Origin: Candidatus Zambryskibacteria bacterium RIFCSPHIGHO2_01_FULL_46_25
GTDB taxonomy: Bacteria > Patescibacteriota > Minisyncoccia > Phycocordibacterales > Zambryskibacteraceae
Direction of reading: 5' to 3'
Assembly: GCA_001825155.1 (NCBI GenBank)
Contig: MHVH01000005.1
Coordinates: forward strand, 168,501-232,500
Length of the DNA: 64,000 bases
Shown here: positions 27,444 through 36,673 of the stretch, piece after piece
Position numbering within the stretch: the first letter of the stretch is position 1
How the letters are laid out: each line of letters begins with the position of its first letter
Program-made: the position numbers and the translations under genes
The notes under the pieces: model-generated
The model's input: only the letters and a program-made list of their open reading frames with translations
The model's database searches: none
What the model was told of the DNA's origin: nothing

Positions 27444-28237
27444 GGTTTTATCAATACAAAATGAATGCCGAAGATGTTGACCGGGCTTATGGCAAGCACT
27501 TCCTTGAACGAATCAGTTGGCTTCATTACCACATCCCCAACTACCGCGAGAAGACGTGACGAGATGTCGGCAGAAAGAATTCTATCTCCCGCCTCAACCT
27601 CGGTTTCTCTGGGCAGAACGAGTTTGAAATTACCTCCGCCGGCTCCTTCGAGTGTCACGGATATGCCGTGACGCTCAAGCATCGCGGCAGTCTTTACTTC
27701 TGAAGCGGAATAAAGCCTGACTTTCGCCGAGCTTCCAAAAACTTGTTCAACCGTGCCAAGTCCTGGTCCTTCAGACATTAACACGCCGGAGCCCTCCTTC
27801 ACACCATCATTCGAGCCTGCATCTATTATGAACGTATCATAAGGCGTCTGTGGTGGCCGGGCGAGGACGGTTGCGATAATTCCACCTGTTTCGACGCGAC
27901 GAGCAAACATTTCTTCCATCGCGCCACCGCTCCCCATTTCGGGAAAGCGTGCCGCCTTCTCAAGTTCTAAGAAAGCGATGCGCTCTTTCAGTGTTGCATT
28001 CTCGGTCGCTAAAAAATTTTTGGAATGGAAGAAGTTGCCTATGACACCAAGCTTCGTGGCAACAATATTCTCCCCCTTCCATAATGGAGAAGCGATCGAA
28101 ATAATAGCTCCATCAAACAAGAAGAGAAGGAAGACCACGACCACAAATACACCAAGAAGAACCAAAACGGGCTTCATAAACGGGCTTCTTGCCCTATTTC
28201 TTGGGAGGTAATTCATCTTCATTGACAATAAGCACAT
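27440..28237 (-). CDS. mreC: rod shape-determining protein MreC
   Basis: N-terminal TM segment, coiled coil (LKERIAFLELEKA), beta-rich C-domain; position after mreB. Confidence 0.75.
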   Translation of the reverse strand: MCLLSMKMNYLPRNRARSPFMKPVLVLLGVFVVVVFLLFLFDGAIISIASPLWKGENIVATKLGVIGNFFHSKNFLATENATLKERIAFLELEKAARFPEMGSGGAMEEMFARRVETGGIIATVLARPPQTPYDTFIIDAGSNDGVKEGSGVLMSEGPGLGTVEQVFGSSAKVRLYSASEVKTAAMLERHGISVTLEGAGGGNFKLVLPRETEVEAGDRILSADISSRLLAVVGDVVMKPTDSFKEVLAISPVNIFGIHFVLIKP

Positions 28238-29267
28238 CCTTAAATCTCTCTAAATCTTCGAGAATAATGCCACAGCCCCTAGCCACAGCCGTAAGTGGGT
28301 CCGCCGGAACATGCACGGGAATGTTTATTTCATTCTCGATAAGTTCGGCGAGACCTTTGATCAATGCTCCTCCGCCCGACAGATGAAGGCCTCGCTGCAT
28401 AATATCGGAGAGAATTTCCGGCGGAGTGGATTCCAGCACTTCGCGCACCGCCTCTATAAGGGTTTCGACCGATTGAGAGAGGGCTTCCCTGATATCCGTG
28501 TCGGTAAGAATCACTTCCTTCGGAAGGCCCGTCACCAGATCTCTGCCTTTAATCGGCGCTTCAAATGGAGCGTGGGTCGGCATGACAGACCCGATTGTCA
28601 TCTTCACCGCTTCCGCCGTTTTTTCCCCAATCAATATTTTGAACTGGTTTCGAACATACGCGATTATGTCGGAATTAAACCGGTCTCCGGCGATGCGAAG
28701 ATTTTTCGACCGGACAACCCCGCCCAAAGATATGACTGCGATGTCGGAAGTGCCGCCGCCGATGTCTATGACCATATTGCCCACTGGCTCATGAATGGGC
28801 AATCTCATGCCAATGGCTGAAGCCATGGGCTCTTCCACTATGTGCACTTCTCCGGCACCGGCGTTTCTTGTAGCATCGCGGACGGCTCTTATCTCGACGT
28901 TTGTTATGTTGGAAGGAACGCCGACGACAACCCTTGGCGACAACAATTTGTTTGAACCTGCGGTAGCTCGGCTCAAGAGATACGCCACCATCTCTTCCGT
29001 CGTTTCGAAGTCCGATATGACACCGTCAACGAGAGGCTTGATGGCGAGAATATGCTCGGGCGTTCTGCCAAGCATTAACTTGGCTTCGGTGCCGATGGCG
29101 ACAATCTGACCGGTTTTCTGGTTTACCGCCACGACCGAGGGCTCATTGATGACAATGCCCCTGCCACGCATGTAAACAAGCGTATTGGCGGTGCCAAGGT
29201 CTATGCCAATGTCGTGGGAAAAGAGTCTGCGCCACTTTTTATTGTAATTCAGAAGCTTTTTTATCAT
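28194..29267 (-). CDS. mreB: rod shape-determining protein MreB (actin homolog)
   Basis: DIGIDLGTANTLVYMRGRGIVINEPSVVAV phosphate-1 motif; full actin-like fold length. Confidence 0.9.
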   Translation of the reverse strand: MIKKLLNYNKKWRRLFSHDIGIDLGTANTLVYMRGRGIVINEPSVVAVNQKTGQIVAIGTEAKLMLGRTPEHILAIKPLVDGVISDFETTEEMVAYLLSRATAGSNKLLSPRVVVGVPSNITNVEIRAVRDATRNAGAGEVHIVEEPMASAIGMRLPIHEPVGNMVIDIGGGTSDIAVISLGGVVRSKNLRIAGDRFNSDIIAYVRNQFKILIGEKTAEAVKMTIGSVMPTHAPFEAPIKGRDLVTGLPKEVILTDTDIREALSQSVETLIEAVREVLESTPPEILSDIMQRGLHLSGGGALIKGLAELIENEINIPVHVPADPLTAVARGCGIILEDLERFKDVLIVNEDELPPKK

Positions 29268-30472
29268 TTCTTAAGTTCCGCGATTAAGTTTTCTATAGTC
29301 ATATACTTAACTTCCTCTGACGTGCGTTCTTTGACCTCAAGTGTTTTGGATTCGAGCGACTTTTCCCCGATAACAACTCTTGTGGGAATACCTATTAGGT
29401 CCGCGTCGGCAAACTTCTCGCCGGCGCGCGCGTCGCGGTCGTCGTAGAGCGTCTCAATCCCTTTCGCTTCCAATGTTTTATACGCTTCATCAGCAAGTTC
29501 TTTGACGTCGCCGAGCGCAATAAGATGCACCCTGAACGGCGCCACCTCCTTGGGCCAGACAATACCCTTATCGTCTGATAAGGCTTCTACGATAGTGCCC
29601 ATGAGCCTCGCAGGACCAATGCCATAAGAACCCATGAAAACAGGAACCTCTTTACCCTCCTCATTTTTGAACTTGAGATACGGGTCAGAAAATCGTGTAC
29701 CAAGTGTAAAGATATTTCCAACCTCGACCGCCTTGTGGGCTTCACCCACTCCATCCCCGAGTTCTTTGTTGACAGCCTCTTTCTTGCCTCCGTCGGTGAT
29801 GTGGATGATATCCTCTCCGGCTTCACAAAGAGTCTGGAATTCGTGAGAAAACTTAGAGAATGAGCCTCCAGAAGCACGAGTCATGTAGGTAAGATGTCCG
29901 ATGCCAGTACGGTCAAAGACGTTCCTATACGCTTGTGCCACTCGATTATAGAACTTCTCATGCTGTGCCACGTCTGTCGAGAAAGAATAGAGGTCCTTCA
30001 TGATGAATTCTCTTGTGCGCATGATACCAGACTTCGCCCGTGTTTCATTCCGGAACTTGTTTTGGAATTGATAGACTGAAAACGGAAGATCTTTGTATGA
30101 AGAGACAAATTGCTCGAGCATATTGGAGATGGGCTCTTCGTGAGTGAAGCCGAGCCCGAGCTCTCCGCCGTCTTTCAAATTGGTTTTGAACCAAGTGTCG
30201 ACACTCTTGTCATCCCATCTGTCTGTCCTCTGCCACAACTCTTTCCTTTGCAAAGAGCTCATGAAGATTTCGTGCGCACCGAGCGCATTCATTTCTTCGC
30301 GAATGATACTAATGATCTTGTTTAAAGTGCGCAGACCGAGTGGTAGGAAGTCGTAGACGCCCGCCATCTCCTTGTTGATAAATCCAGCCCGCGTGAGCAG
30401 AATGGCGTTTTTTGAAATCTCGTCCGCTGGCGCTTCACGGCGCGTTTTTGTAAATAAAGTGCTTTGCTTCAT
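29264..30472 (-). CDS. proS: proline--tRNA ligase (short form lacking editing insertion)
   Basis: Class II motifs; N-terminus MKQSTLFTKTRREAPADEISKNAILLTRAGF is typical of ProRS. Confidence 0.85.
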   Translation of the reverse strand: MKQSTLFTKTRREAPADEISKNAILLTRAGFINKEMAGVYDFLPLGLRTLNKIISIIREEMNALGAHEIFMSSLQRKELWQRTDRWDDKSVDTWFKTNLKDGGELGLGFTHEEPISNMLEQFVSSYKDLPFSVYQFQNKFRNETRAKSGIMRTREFIMKDLYSFSTDVAQHEKFYNRVAQAYRNVFDRTGIGHLTYMTRASGGSFSKFSHEFQTLCEAGEDIIHITDGGKKEAVNKELGDGVGEAHKAVEVGNIFTLGTRFSDPYLKFKNEEGKEVPVFMGSYGIGPARLMGTIVEALSDDKGIVWPKEVAPFRVHLIALGDVKELADEAYKTLEAKGIETLYDDRDARAGEKFADADLIGIPTRVVIGEKSLESKTLEVKERTSEEVKYMTIENLIAELKK

Positions 30473-30603
30473 GGCGCTATTATAGAGAAAAGATTGTATT
30501 AATGAAACAGACTATATGCTTTACAATCTCATATTTGTGTGATAAATTAAAAATGTAGTGACGTCAGATTGCGCCGCGTAGATGGAATCACTCCTTCTTG
30601 CTC

Positions 30604-30652
30604 GACCTCACCCGGTCTTACGACCACCCTCTCCTAGACGCAAGGAGAGGGT
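30604..30652 (+). repeat. palindromic mini-repeat (GACCTCACCC...CCCTCTCCT-loop-AGGAGAGGG), copy 1, overlapping the 3' end of the DUF559 gene
   Basis: Identified by eye; four copies in the window share GACCTCACCC plus the hairpin CCCTCTCCT/AGGAGAGGG. Confidence 0.85.
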
Positions 30653-30985
30653 TTGCTTAATTATCCCAATTACTTTATTCAAATTTTTGGTAATTTCATA
30701 ATTTTTTATACGAAGAGTTTGATATCCTAAGTTTTTAAAAAACTTATCACGATTAGAATCATATTCTTTTTGAAATTCATGCGATTTACCATCAATTTCA
30801 ACAATCAACCTGGCTTTAAAACAGTAGAAATCGAGTATGTATCCTCCCATGCTGTGTTGTCTTCTAAATCTGCACCCGAGTTTATTATTTCTAAGTTTTT
30901 GCCACAACATCTCTTCTTCTGGAGTTGATGATTCCCTGAGATTCCGTCTTCGTTCAATAAATTTTCGTTGATTATGTATTTTCAT
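30608..30985 (-). CDS. DUF559 endonuclease-domain protein (Vsr/restriction-endonuclease-like fold)
   Basis: YILDFYCFKARLIVEIDGKSHEF...RDKFFKNLGYQTLRI is the DUF559 pattern. Confidence 0.65.
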   Translation of the reverse strand: MKIHNQRKFIERRRNLRESSTPEEEMLWQKLRNNKLGCRFRRQHSMGGYILDFYCFKARLIVEIDGKSHEFQKEYDSNRDKFFKNLGYQTLRIKNYEITKNLNKVIGIIKQTLSLRLGEGGRKTG

Positions 30986-30990
30986 GCTTG

Positions 30991-31032
30991 CCCCCTCTCC
31001 TTACGTTCTAGGAGAGGGGTTGGGGGTGAGGT
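30991..31032 (-). repeat. palindromic mini-repeat copy 2 (inverted relative to copy 1), between the DUF559 start and the rseP stop
   Basis: CCCCCTCTCCTtacgttctAGGAGAGGGGttgGGGGTGAGGTT. Confidence 0.85.
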
Positions 31033-32117
31033 TAGAAAATATTCCTAACGTCCCTTATGGTAATAAGTATCATCAGGAAGATTAGCAGGGCGAAACCGGC
31101 GGCATTCACGGCGTTGAAAAATCTGACGGGAATCTTCCTCCTGGTAATCGATTCCATGCCTACGAAGAGTAGCCTGCCTCCGTCAAGGGCCGGGAACGGC
31201 AGAAGATTGATTATCGAGAGATTTATAGAAAGAAGTGCGGTGAAGGTGACGAGATAGCCCCAGCCGAGATTGCGTATATCCCCCACCATACCGACAATTC
31301 CCACCGGTCCGGTTACGGACGCTAGGTCCGCCTTACCGACAAACGCCCGACCTATTAATCCGACAATCGCTTTGGCCGTAAGAGTGGTGAGAGAAGCTGT
31401 GGTCTTAAGCCCTTCCCATACAGCCCGATGCGCCGGCAACTTCACCGTCCCGATAGTTTCCATGGATATGCCGACTGCTTTCTGTCCCGGCAAAATGCCT
31501 TCCTTTGGAGTTACTGTCTTCTGCGAAATGTCCTTGCCCCTCTGAATTTCAAAGGCAATGGACCCTGAAGAATTTTTTATATACCTTGTCGCCTCTTCCG
31601 GAGTAAGGTTCAGAATCACATCTCCTGCCTTGAGGCCCGACAAAGCAGCCGGGGATTCCGGCACTACGAGCGTTATCACGGTGCGCGGATTCTCAACGGG
31701 TAAGGAAGTGCTCGCGGGCGATGGTATACCTGTGATAAAACCGAGAGAGATGAGCAACCAAGCGAAAAGGAAATTGAAGAAGACGCCCGCCGCGAGCACG
31801 GTAGCCTGTATGCCACGATTTTTGGATTGAAAATTATCTGGATCAAGACCTCTCCCCTTCCCCTCTCCTAAATTAGGAGAGGGCTGGGTGAGGTCGGTCT
31901 CTGAATTCTCCCCAAAAATTTTTACAAAGCCGCCGAAAGGCAGCCAGTTGAGCGTGAAATCAGCTCCCTTCCATTTAAAAATCTTTTTGGCGCGAGGCGG
32001 GTAGCCCAGGCCGAATTCGTCCACGCGTATGCCAAAAAACCTTGCCGCGAGAAAATGCCCAAGCTCATGCACTACGATAAGCGCGCTTAAAATTATTAAG
32101 AAGATTATTATTGACAT
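31032..32117 (-). CDS. rseP: RIP metalloprotease RseP (site-2 protease, M50 family)
   Basis: HELGHFLAARFFGIRV zinc motif, PDZ domain, C-terminal TM helices; contains an in-frame palindromic repeat insert. Confidence 0.85.
   Translation of the reverse strand: MSIIIFLIILSALIVVHELGHFLAARFFGIRVDEFGLGYPPRAKKIFKWKGADFTLNWLPFGGFVKIFGENSETDLTQPSPNLGEGKGRGLDPDNFQSKNRGIQATVLAAGVFFNFLFAWLLISLGFITGIPSPASTSLPVENPRTVITLVVPESPAALSGLKAGDVILNLTPEEATRYIKNSSGSIAFEIQRGKDISQKTVTPKEGILPGQKAVGISMETIGTVKLPAHRAVWEGLKTTASLTTLTAKAIVGLIGRAFVGKADLASVTGPVGIVGMVGDIRNLGWGYLVTFTALLSINLSIINLLPFPALDGGRLLFVGMESITRRKIPVRFFNAVNAAGFALLIFLMILITIRDVRNIF
31855..31896 (-). repeat. palindromic mini-repeat copy 3, inserted in frame inside rseP
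   Basis: CCCTCTCCTaaattAGGAGAGGGctgGGTGAGGTC; encodes ...DLTQPSPNLGEGKGRG... in RseP. Confidence 0.85.
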
Positions 32118-32668
32118 TATTCCGAAATTTCTTTTGTCTTCTTCTCGTAGAGCTCTTCGAGTTTCTGATTCGTTTCATCAACCATCTTCTGCAAATCTTG
32201 CTTGGCGCGGAAAACGTCATCCTTGCCAATAGAGCCTTCCTTCTCTTGCCTATCGGCATCAGAATGGACTTTCTCTCTCTCATTCCTTACCCGCACGCGG
32301 GCCTCCTCAAGCTTCTGTTTGGCAAGTTTGGCCAAGGCCTGCCGCCTGTCGTCCGTAAGCTCTGGGAAAGCCACCCTCAAGCCCTGGTCGTCCACGGAGA
32401 CGGATACACCCAGATTCGCTTCCCGTATCGCGGAGTCAATCATCTTTACCGCGGACTTGTCCCACGGCGTGATGCGCAAACTCCTCGCACTCTCGCCGAG
32501 CACCGAAGCGACCTGATTAATCGGCATCTTGGAACCATACATATCGACTCTTACGGAATCGAGAATGCCGGGATTAGCCTGGTTACTCCTTATGCCCAAA
32601 TATTCCTTCTTGAGCCACTCGATAGTGCCATCGGCACCCTGCTTAAATTGGGAAAAGTTGTATGACAT
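32117..32668 (-). CDS. frr: ribosome recycling factor
   Basis: 183 aa; RRF motifs (VRVDMYG, ITPWDKS, coiled C-terminus). Confidence 0.9.
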   Translation of the reverse strand: MSYNFSQFKQGADGTIEWLKKEYLGIRSNQANPGILDSVRVDMYGSKMPINQVASVLGESARSLRITPWDKSAVKMIDSAIREANLGVSVSVDDQGLRVAFPELTDDRRQALAKLAKQKLEEARVRVRNEREKVHSDADRQEKEGSIGKDDVFRAKQDLQKMVDETNQKLEELYEKKTKEISE

Positions 32669-32675
32669 GAGTTGA

Positions 32676-33257
32676 TTATAGCACTACAGCCAAGTGCTCC
32701 AGAATGAGCCTCGGTGAAGCGGCGCGGTCGTCGCTGTAGAGACGCATCTTGTAAACTTCCTTCGACTTCGTGGCGCGAAGTAACTCATCGAGGAAGATGG
32801 AGAGATTCTTTTCTTTATCGGCAAACTTGGCGGCAAAAGTGAGACGGTCTCTGGGAGAAAGATTCAAGAAATTCCGAGCTTCGTTAGCTTCGTTAGCTTC
32901 GTTAGCGAGGCGCAGAATCTCCATACGTGAGCGCAGAGTCGGGATAATCAACTCTTCCTCGCGAACAACGAGGAAGAAGTGCGTATCGGGAACAGGGTCT
33001 TCGAAAGTCTTGAGAAGAGCGTTCTGGGCCTCAAGTGTAATTTTCTCCGGCGAGAGAAGAAAGATTTTCCTCTCGCCGAAAGCCTTGAGGCAAGCCGCTT
33101 CGCCAAGACGGCGGGCCTCATCAATGCCGAATAGCGGCTCGTTGAATACGAAAAAATCCGGCGAACCCAAGAGCTTCACTCCTCTTTCCGTCCAGAAAGA
33201 ATGCAGGCGCTCTTCGGCCAAATTTCTTTCTCCGATGAGAAGATACGCATGATGCAT
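32676..33257 (-). CDS. holB: DNA polymerase III delta' subunit-like (short)
   Basis: HAYLLIG...NALLKTFEDPVPDTHFFLV...IIPTLRSRM matches clamp-loader delta'; contains an in-frame EANEANEA repeat. Confidence 0.65.
   Translation of the reverse strand: MHHAYLLIGERNLAEERLHSFWTERGVKLLGSPDFFVFNEPLFGIDEARRLGEAACLKAFGERKIFLLSPEKITLEAQNALLKTFEDPVPDTHFFLVVREEELIIPTLRSRMEILRLANEANEANEARNFLNLSPRDRLTFAAKFADKEKNLSIFLDELLRATKSKEVYKMRLYSDDRAASPRLILEHLAVVL
32881..32906. repeat. 9-bp tandem repeat (TTCGTTAGC)x3, equivalent to GCTAACGAA, in frame in holB
   Basis: Read directly; related string GAAGCTAACCAAGCTAACGAAGCTA at 45856-45880 in the rpsA-like N-terminus. Confidence 0.8.
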
Positions 33258-33713
33258 TTATTTTTCTACCTTCAGGAGCTCGACTTCGAAAACCAAGGTC
33301 GAATTCGCTGGAATTGGACCAACTGCCTGGTTGCCATACGCGTAGTCGGAAGCGATGACGAGAGTTCTCTTGCCACCCGCGCGCATGCCCTGAATACCTT
33401 CGTCCCAGCCACGAATCACCTGTCCGGCTCCGAGAGTAAAGGTGTATGGAGAATTGGAATCGCGCGAGCTATCGAAAACTTGTCCGTTCGGCAAAGTGCC
33501 AACGTAATGCACGGTGAGCTTGTCCCCCGGCTCAGCCAGTTCGCCCTGTCCGGCAACCACTTCCTCTACTTTGTATCCTGTTTCTGGCATTTGATTATTT
33601 TGATTTTGAGAACTGGTGCTAAAGAAACTCATAAGCGGCCCGGAAAAGAAAAGATACCCCATGAGTCCCAGTCCCGCGGCAACTGCAATATATTGATTCC
33701 TGCTGTTTTTCAT
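33258..33713 (-). CDS. FKBP-type peptidyl-prolyl cis-trans isomerase (membrane-anchored/secreted)
   Basis: GDKLTVHYVGTLPNGQVFDSS...FTLGAGQVIRGWDEG...LVFEVELLKV. Confidence 0.8.
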   Translation of the reverse strand: MKNSRNQYIAVAAGLGLMGYLFFSGPLMSFFSTSSQNQNNQMPETGYKVEEVVAGQGELAEPGDKLTVHYVGTLPNGQVFDSSRDSNSPYTFTLGAGQVIRGWDEGIQGMRAGGKRTLVIASDYAYGNQAVGPIPANSTLVFEVELLKVEK

Positions 33714-33752
33714 TTATCTAGTATTTAGATTAATAAGACTTATGCGACCTAT

Positions 33753-34502
33753 ATGTCATATGTTATTATAAGTCCCATGGATGACGCAACCAAGCAGAAG
33801 CTCATGAATGACCTCACGCTCTCGCGTGGCGAGATGGAAAAGATTGCCAAAAACCGTGTGGCGGAGATTGCGAAGGAATTCACGGAAGGCTTCAAATTCC
33901 TCGAAGATTATCCGAAATCAGTCACCTTCTTCGGCTCCAACCAATGCAAGGAAAATGACCAGTATTACGAGAGTGCCCGTACTCTCTCCGGTAGACTCGT
34001 CAAGGAGCTCAGCTTTTCCGTGGTCTCCGGTGGCGGTCCGGGCATCATGGAAGCGGCCGACCGTGGAGCCATGGAGGCCGGCGGCAACTCTCTCGGCCTT
34101 CTTATCAGACTCCCCAACGAACAGCCGGTGAATCCGTATATATCGAAGAGTATCAGCTTCTACTACTTCTTCGCCCGCAAGGTCTGCCTCACCTTCGGGG
34201 CGGAAGTTTTCATCTTCTACCCGGGCGGTTTCGGCACTCTCGACGAATTCTTCGAAATTATTACTCTCATCCAGACGAAAAAAATTGGCAATGTGCCTCT
34301 AATCTGCGTCGGAAGCGATTACTGGAACAAACTCAAAACATTTATGCAAGAGGAGATGCTCAAGCGTGGCGCGATAGAGGCTAAGCATCTCGACCTTTTT
34401 ACCATTACCGACAGCCACGACGAGATAATCGATATTATAAAGAAAGTTCCCGTGAAGATTAGCGTCCCCTTCTCCGGCGTTGACCAGAAGATTACTGCGT
34501 GA
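33753..34502 (+). CDS. LOG-family (TIGR00730) nucleotide-binding protein
   Basis: VTFFGS...SGGGPGIMEAADRGAMEAGG...PGGFGTLDEFFEI is typical of LOG. Confidence 0.75.
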   Translation: MSYVIISPMDDATKQKLMNDLTLSRGEMEKIAKNRVAEIAKEFTEGFKFLEDYPKSVTFFGSNQCKENDQYYESARTLSGRLVKELSFSVVSGGGPGIMEAADRGAMEAGGNSLGLLIRLPNEQPVNPYISKSISFYYFFARKVCLTFGAEVFIFYPGGFGTLDEFFEIITLIQTKKIGNVPLICVGSDYWNKLKTFMQEEMLKRGAIEAKHLDLFTITDSHDEIIDIIKKVPVKISVPFSGVDQKITA

Positions 34503-34545
34503 TATAATATAGGTAGACAGAACACCTCTTTCCTAGGAGTTTCTC

Positions 34546-35616
34546 ATGGAAATCGTGATTGCGCTTTTGGGCGCCGTGCTGGTAATGATCGCGGTCTACG
34601 GTCTTCTTCAATTTGGGCTGCCGTGGATCATCGTCAAGCTCGGCAACATCGATGCCTGGTGGAGCCCGTACCGTACCTTGCCACCCCCCGGCGAGATGTA
34701 CATCATGGTAAGCGGCGACCCGGACGGCCCATTCGACAAAATCATCGAATCGGTAGAGGGTTACCGATACGATGAGGAGGAGCAGCAATTTGTTACTGAT
34801 CCCATGCCAAGAAAAAAGGGCTACCTCGAGAATCTTGGCGTGGCGAAAATCGGCTTCTGGAAGTACTTCCTCTGGCGGGAAGTCCGCTACGACAAGTGGG
34901 AGAAGAAGCCGGATCCTTCAACGGAGTACGGTCTGGTCTCAAAGACCCGGGGGAAAAAGAAAGAAGGAGAACTGCCCTCAATCTTCTTCCGCTACAACAT
35001 GGCCACCGAGGTCAAGGCAGCGGAGACAAAAGATAATTTCCCCGTCGACGCGATACTGGTTTTCACAACTCAGATCGAACGGCCGGTGAAGGCGTTCTTC
35101 TTCGCCGGCGGCTGGGAAGTGCAGGTCAACGCCGCGGTGCAAGGGCTTTTCCGCCAGTACGTGAGCGATCGCACAATCGAGGTGCTGCGGGAAGAAAAAT
35201 CCAAGGGCGACAACACTCTTGTTGACCAGATCAAGGAACTGAGCAACGGCTCGGAACTGGAGGGTGGACTTCTCGAACTCTACGGCGTGAAAATCATCGA
35301 TGCTCGTTTCGTCATCTTCGACCTCGTCAAAGGCGAAGCCGAGATGGCGGAAGCACTACGAGCCATCGGTGTGGCCGAGAGAAAAGCCCAGGCCCGTGTA
35401 AAAGAAGCCGAGGGCAAACGGGAAGCGATGATCGTCGAAGCCGACGGCGAGAAGGAAGCGAGAATCAGAAAGGCCGTTGGGATTCGAGAGGAAGTCGCCG
35501 CATGGGGCAGTCACCCCGTCGGCAAGACCGTCGTTATCGGCGAAGCCATCAAGGAAGCCAAGCCGAAGGCAATCGGCGGTGACATCTTCGCCAACATCAA
35601 CGTCGAGGATAAATAG
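34546..35616 (+). CDS. membrane protein, possibly SPFH/band-7-like
   Basis: N-terminal TM segment; C-terminal A/E/K-rich coiled coil (AERKAQARVKEAEGKREAMIVEADGEKEARIRKA); tentative. Confidence 0.35.
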   Translation: MEIVIALLGAVLVMIAVYGLLQFGLPWIIVKLGNIDAWWSPYRTLPPPGEMYIMVSGDPDGPFDKIIESVEGYRYDEEEQQFVTDPMPRKKGYLENLGVAKIGFWKYFLWREVRYDKWEKKPDPSTEYGLVSKTRGKKKEGELPSIFFRYNMATEVKAAETKDNFPVDAILVFTTQIERPVKAFFFAGGWEVQVNAAVQGLFRQYVSDRTIEVLREEKSKGDNTLVDQIKELSNGSELEGGLLELYGVKIIDARFVIFDLVKGEAEMAEALRAIGVAERKAQARVKEAEGKREAMIVEADGEKEARIRKAVGIREEVAAWGSHPVGKTVVIGEAIKEAKPKAIGGDIFANINVEDK

Positions 35617-35629
35617 AAAGAGGTGGAGC

Positions 35630-35662
35630 GGGCCGGACGACAAGTCGTCCGGCCCTTTTGTA
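35630..35662 (+). terminator. rho-independent terminator
   Basis: GGGCCGGACGAcaagTCGTCCGGCCC followed by TTTTGTATTT. Confidence 0.6.
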
Positions 35663-35731
35663 TTTGACATTTTACTTGTTTAGTGTATAATCAAAAGCAG
35701 ACTAACCTGTTCTATACTAGATAGAGGGAGG

Positions 35732-36541
35732 ATGGACATGAATGCAGTACTCTGGACCGCCATCATCATCGCGGGCCTCGCCATCGTGGCGGTACTCGTG
35801 GTGTGGGCGGTGAAGAAAAGCTTCGTCCCCTGGCTCGTCAGGACGCTGATCAAAGAGGGTCTCGTCGCAGGCGTTGAAAGCTGGCGGAAGAGGAGATTGG
35901 CTGCCGCCCAGCCTATCGCGAGACCAACACCGGTGGCTTCCCCAGCCGTCACTACTACCACAACAACAAGAAAAAGGACTCTGGCTTCCAGGACTGGAAC
36001 CATTTCTCTCCTCGTCGGAATCGTCACGTTCGTGCTTCTCCTGGTCTGGATGCGGCAATCGCCGGGCATGATGGCAGCTATTAGCCAGACCGGATGGTGG
36101 CTCGGCACTGGAGCTCTCGCTCTGGCTCTGCTCGCCGGCCTCGCCTATCTGCTCTACAAAGCGGCACAAGCGAAGAAGTGGGGCTTGATCGTTACGGTAG
36201 TCATCGCAGTGATAGTAATCTACGGCTACAACAACTGGTGGACAACGAGCCCATCTTCCGGCACAACGCTGGTTCCAATCGCTCCTATTCGAACCGAAGA
36301 GGTTCTCGCGACTAGGGAGTGGTCAGAGGTCGTCGAGGTACCCATGTGCTATCGGGCAAAGTGGCAAAGGCAAAGTCCAGTAGCATACGAGATAATGACG
36401 CAAACTGGTGAGGTGATCGACTACCCACGAGACCTTGTCGGGACAAAAAAAGTGCGTGGGAAACTCGAAAGCCTCCGGTTCCGTGTCACGGATCCGGAAC
36501 AAGAAGCTGTTGTTATCAAGATCAGCTTCTCCCCTCTTTGA
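35732..36541 (+). CDS. hypothetical polytopic membrane protein (paralog of 36674-37504 in the C-domain)
   Basis: Multiple TM helices; C-terminus ...EWSEVVEVP...VAYEIMT...RFRVTDPEQEAVVIKISFSPL resembles the C-terminus of the next gene. Confidence 0.45.
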   Translation: MDMNAVLWTAIIIAGLAIVAVLVVWAVKKSFVPWLVRTLIKEGLVAGVESWRKRRLAAAQPIARPTPVASPAVTTTTTTRKRTLASRTGTISLLVGIVTFVLLLVWMRQSPGMMAAISQTGWWLGTGALALALLAGLAYLLYKAAQAKKWGLIVTVVIAVIVIYGYNNWWTTSPSSGTTLVPIAPIRTEEVLATREWSEVVEVPMCYRAKWQRQSPVAYEIMTQTGEVIDYPRDLVGTKKVRGKLESLRFRVTDPEQEAVVIKISFSPL

Positions 36542-36563
36542 GGTTTAAGGGAGAAGTATTCAC

Positions 36564-36595
36564 GGGCGCCGCGTTCACGCGGCGCCCTTTTTGAT
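36564..36595 (+). terminator. rho-independent terminator
   Basis: GGGCGCCGCGttcaCGCGGCGCCC followed by TTTTTGATTT. Confidence 0.65.
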
Positions 36596-36673
36596 TTAAA
36601 TTTAAATTGACAATTGTAACGTTAACATGGCATAATTCTCATCGGAAAGTTCTCTCCACTATGTGAGGTTAAC

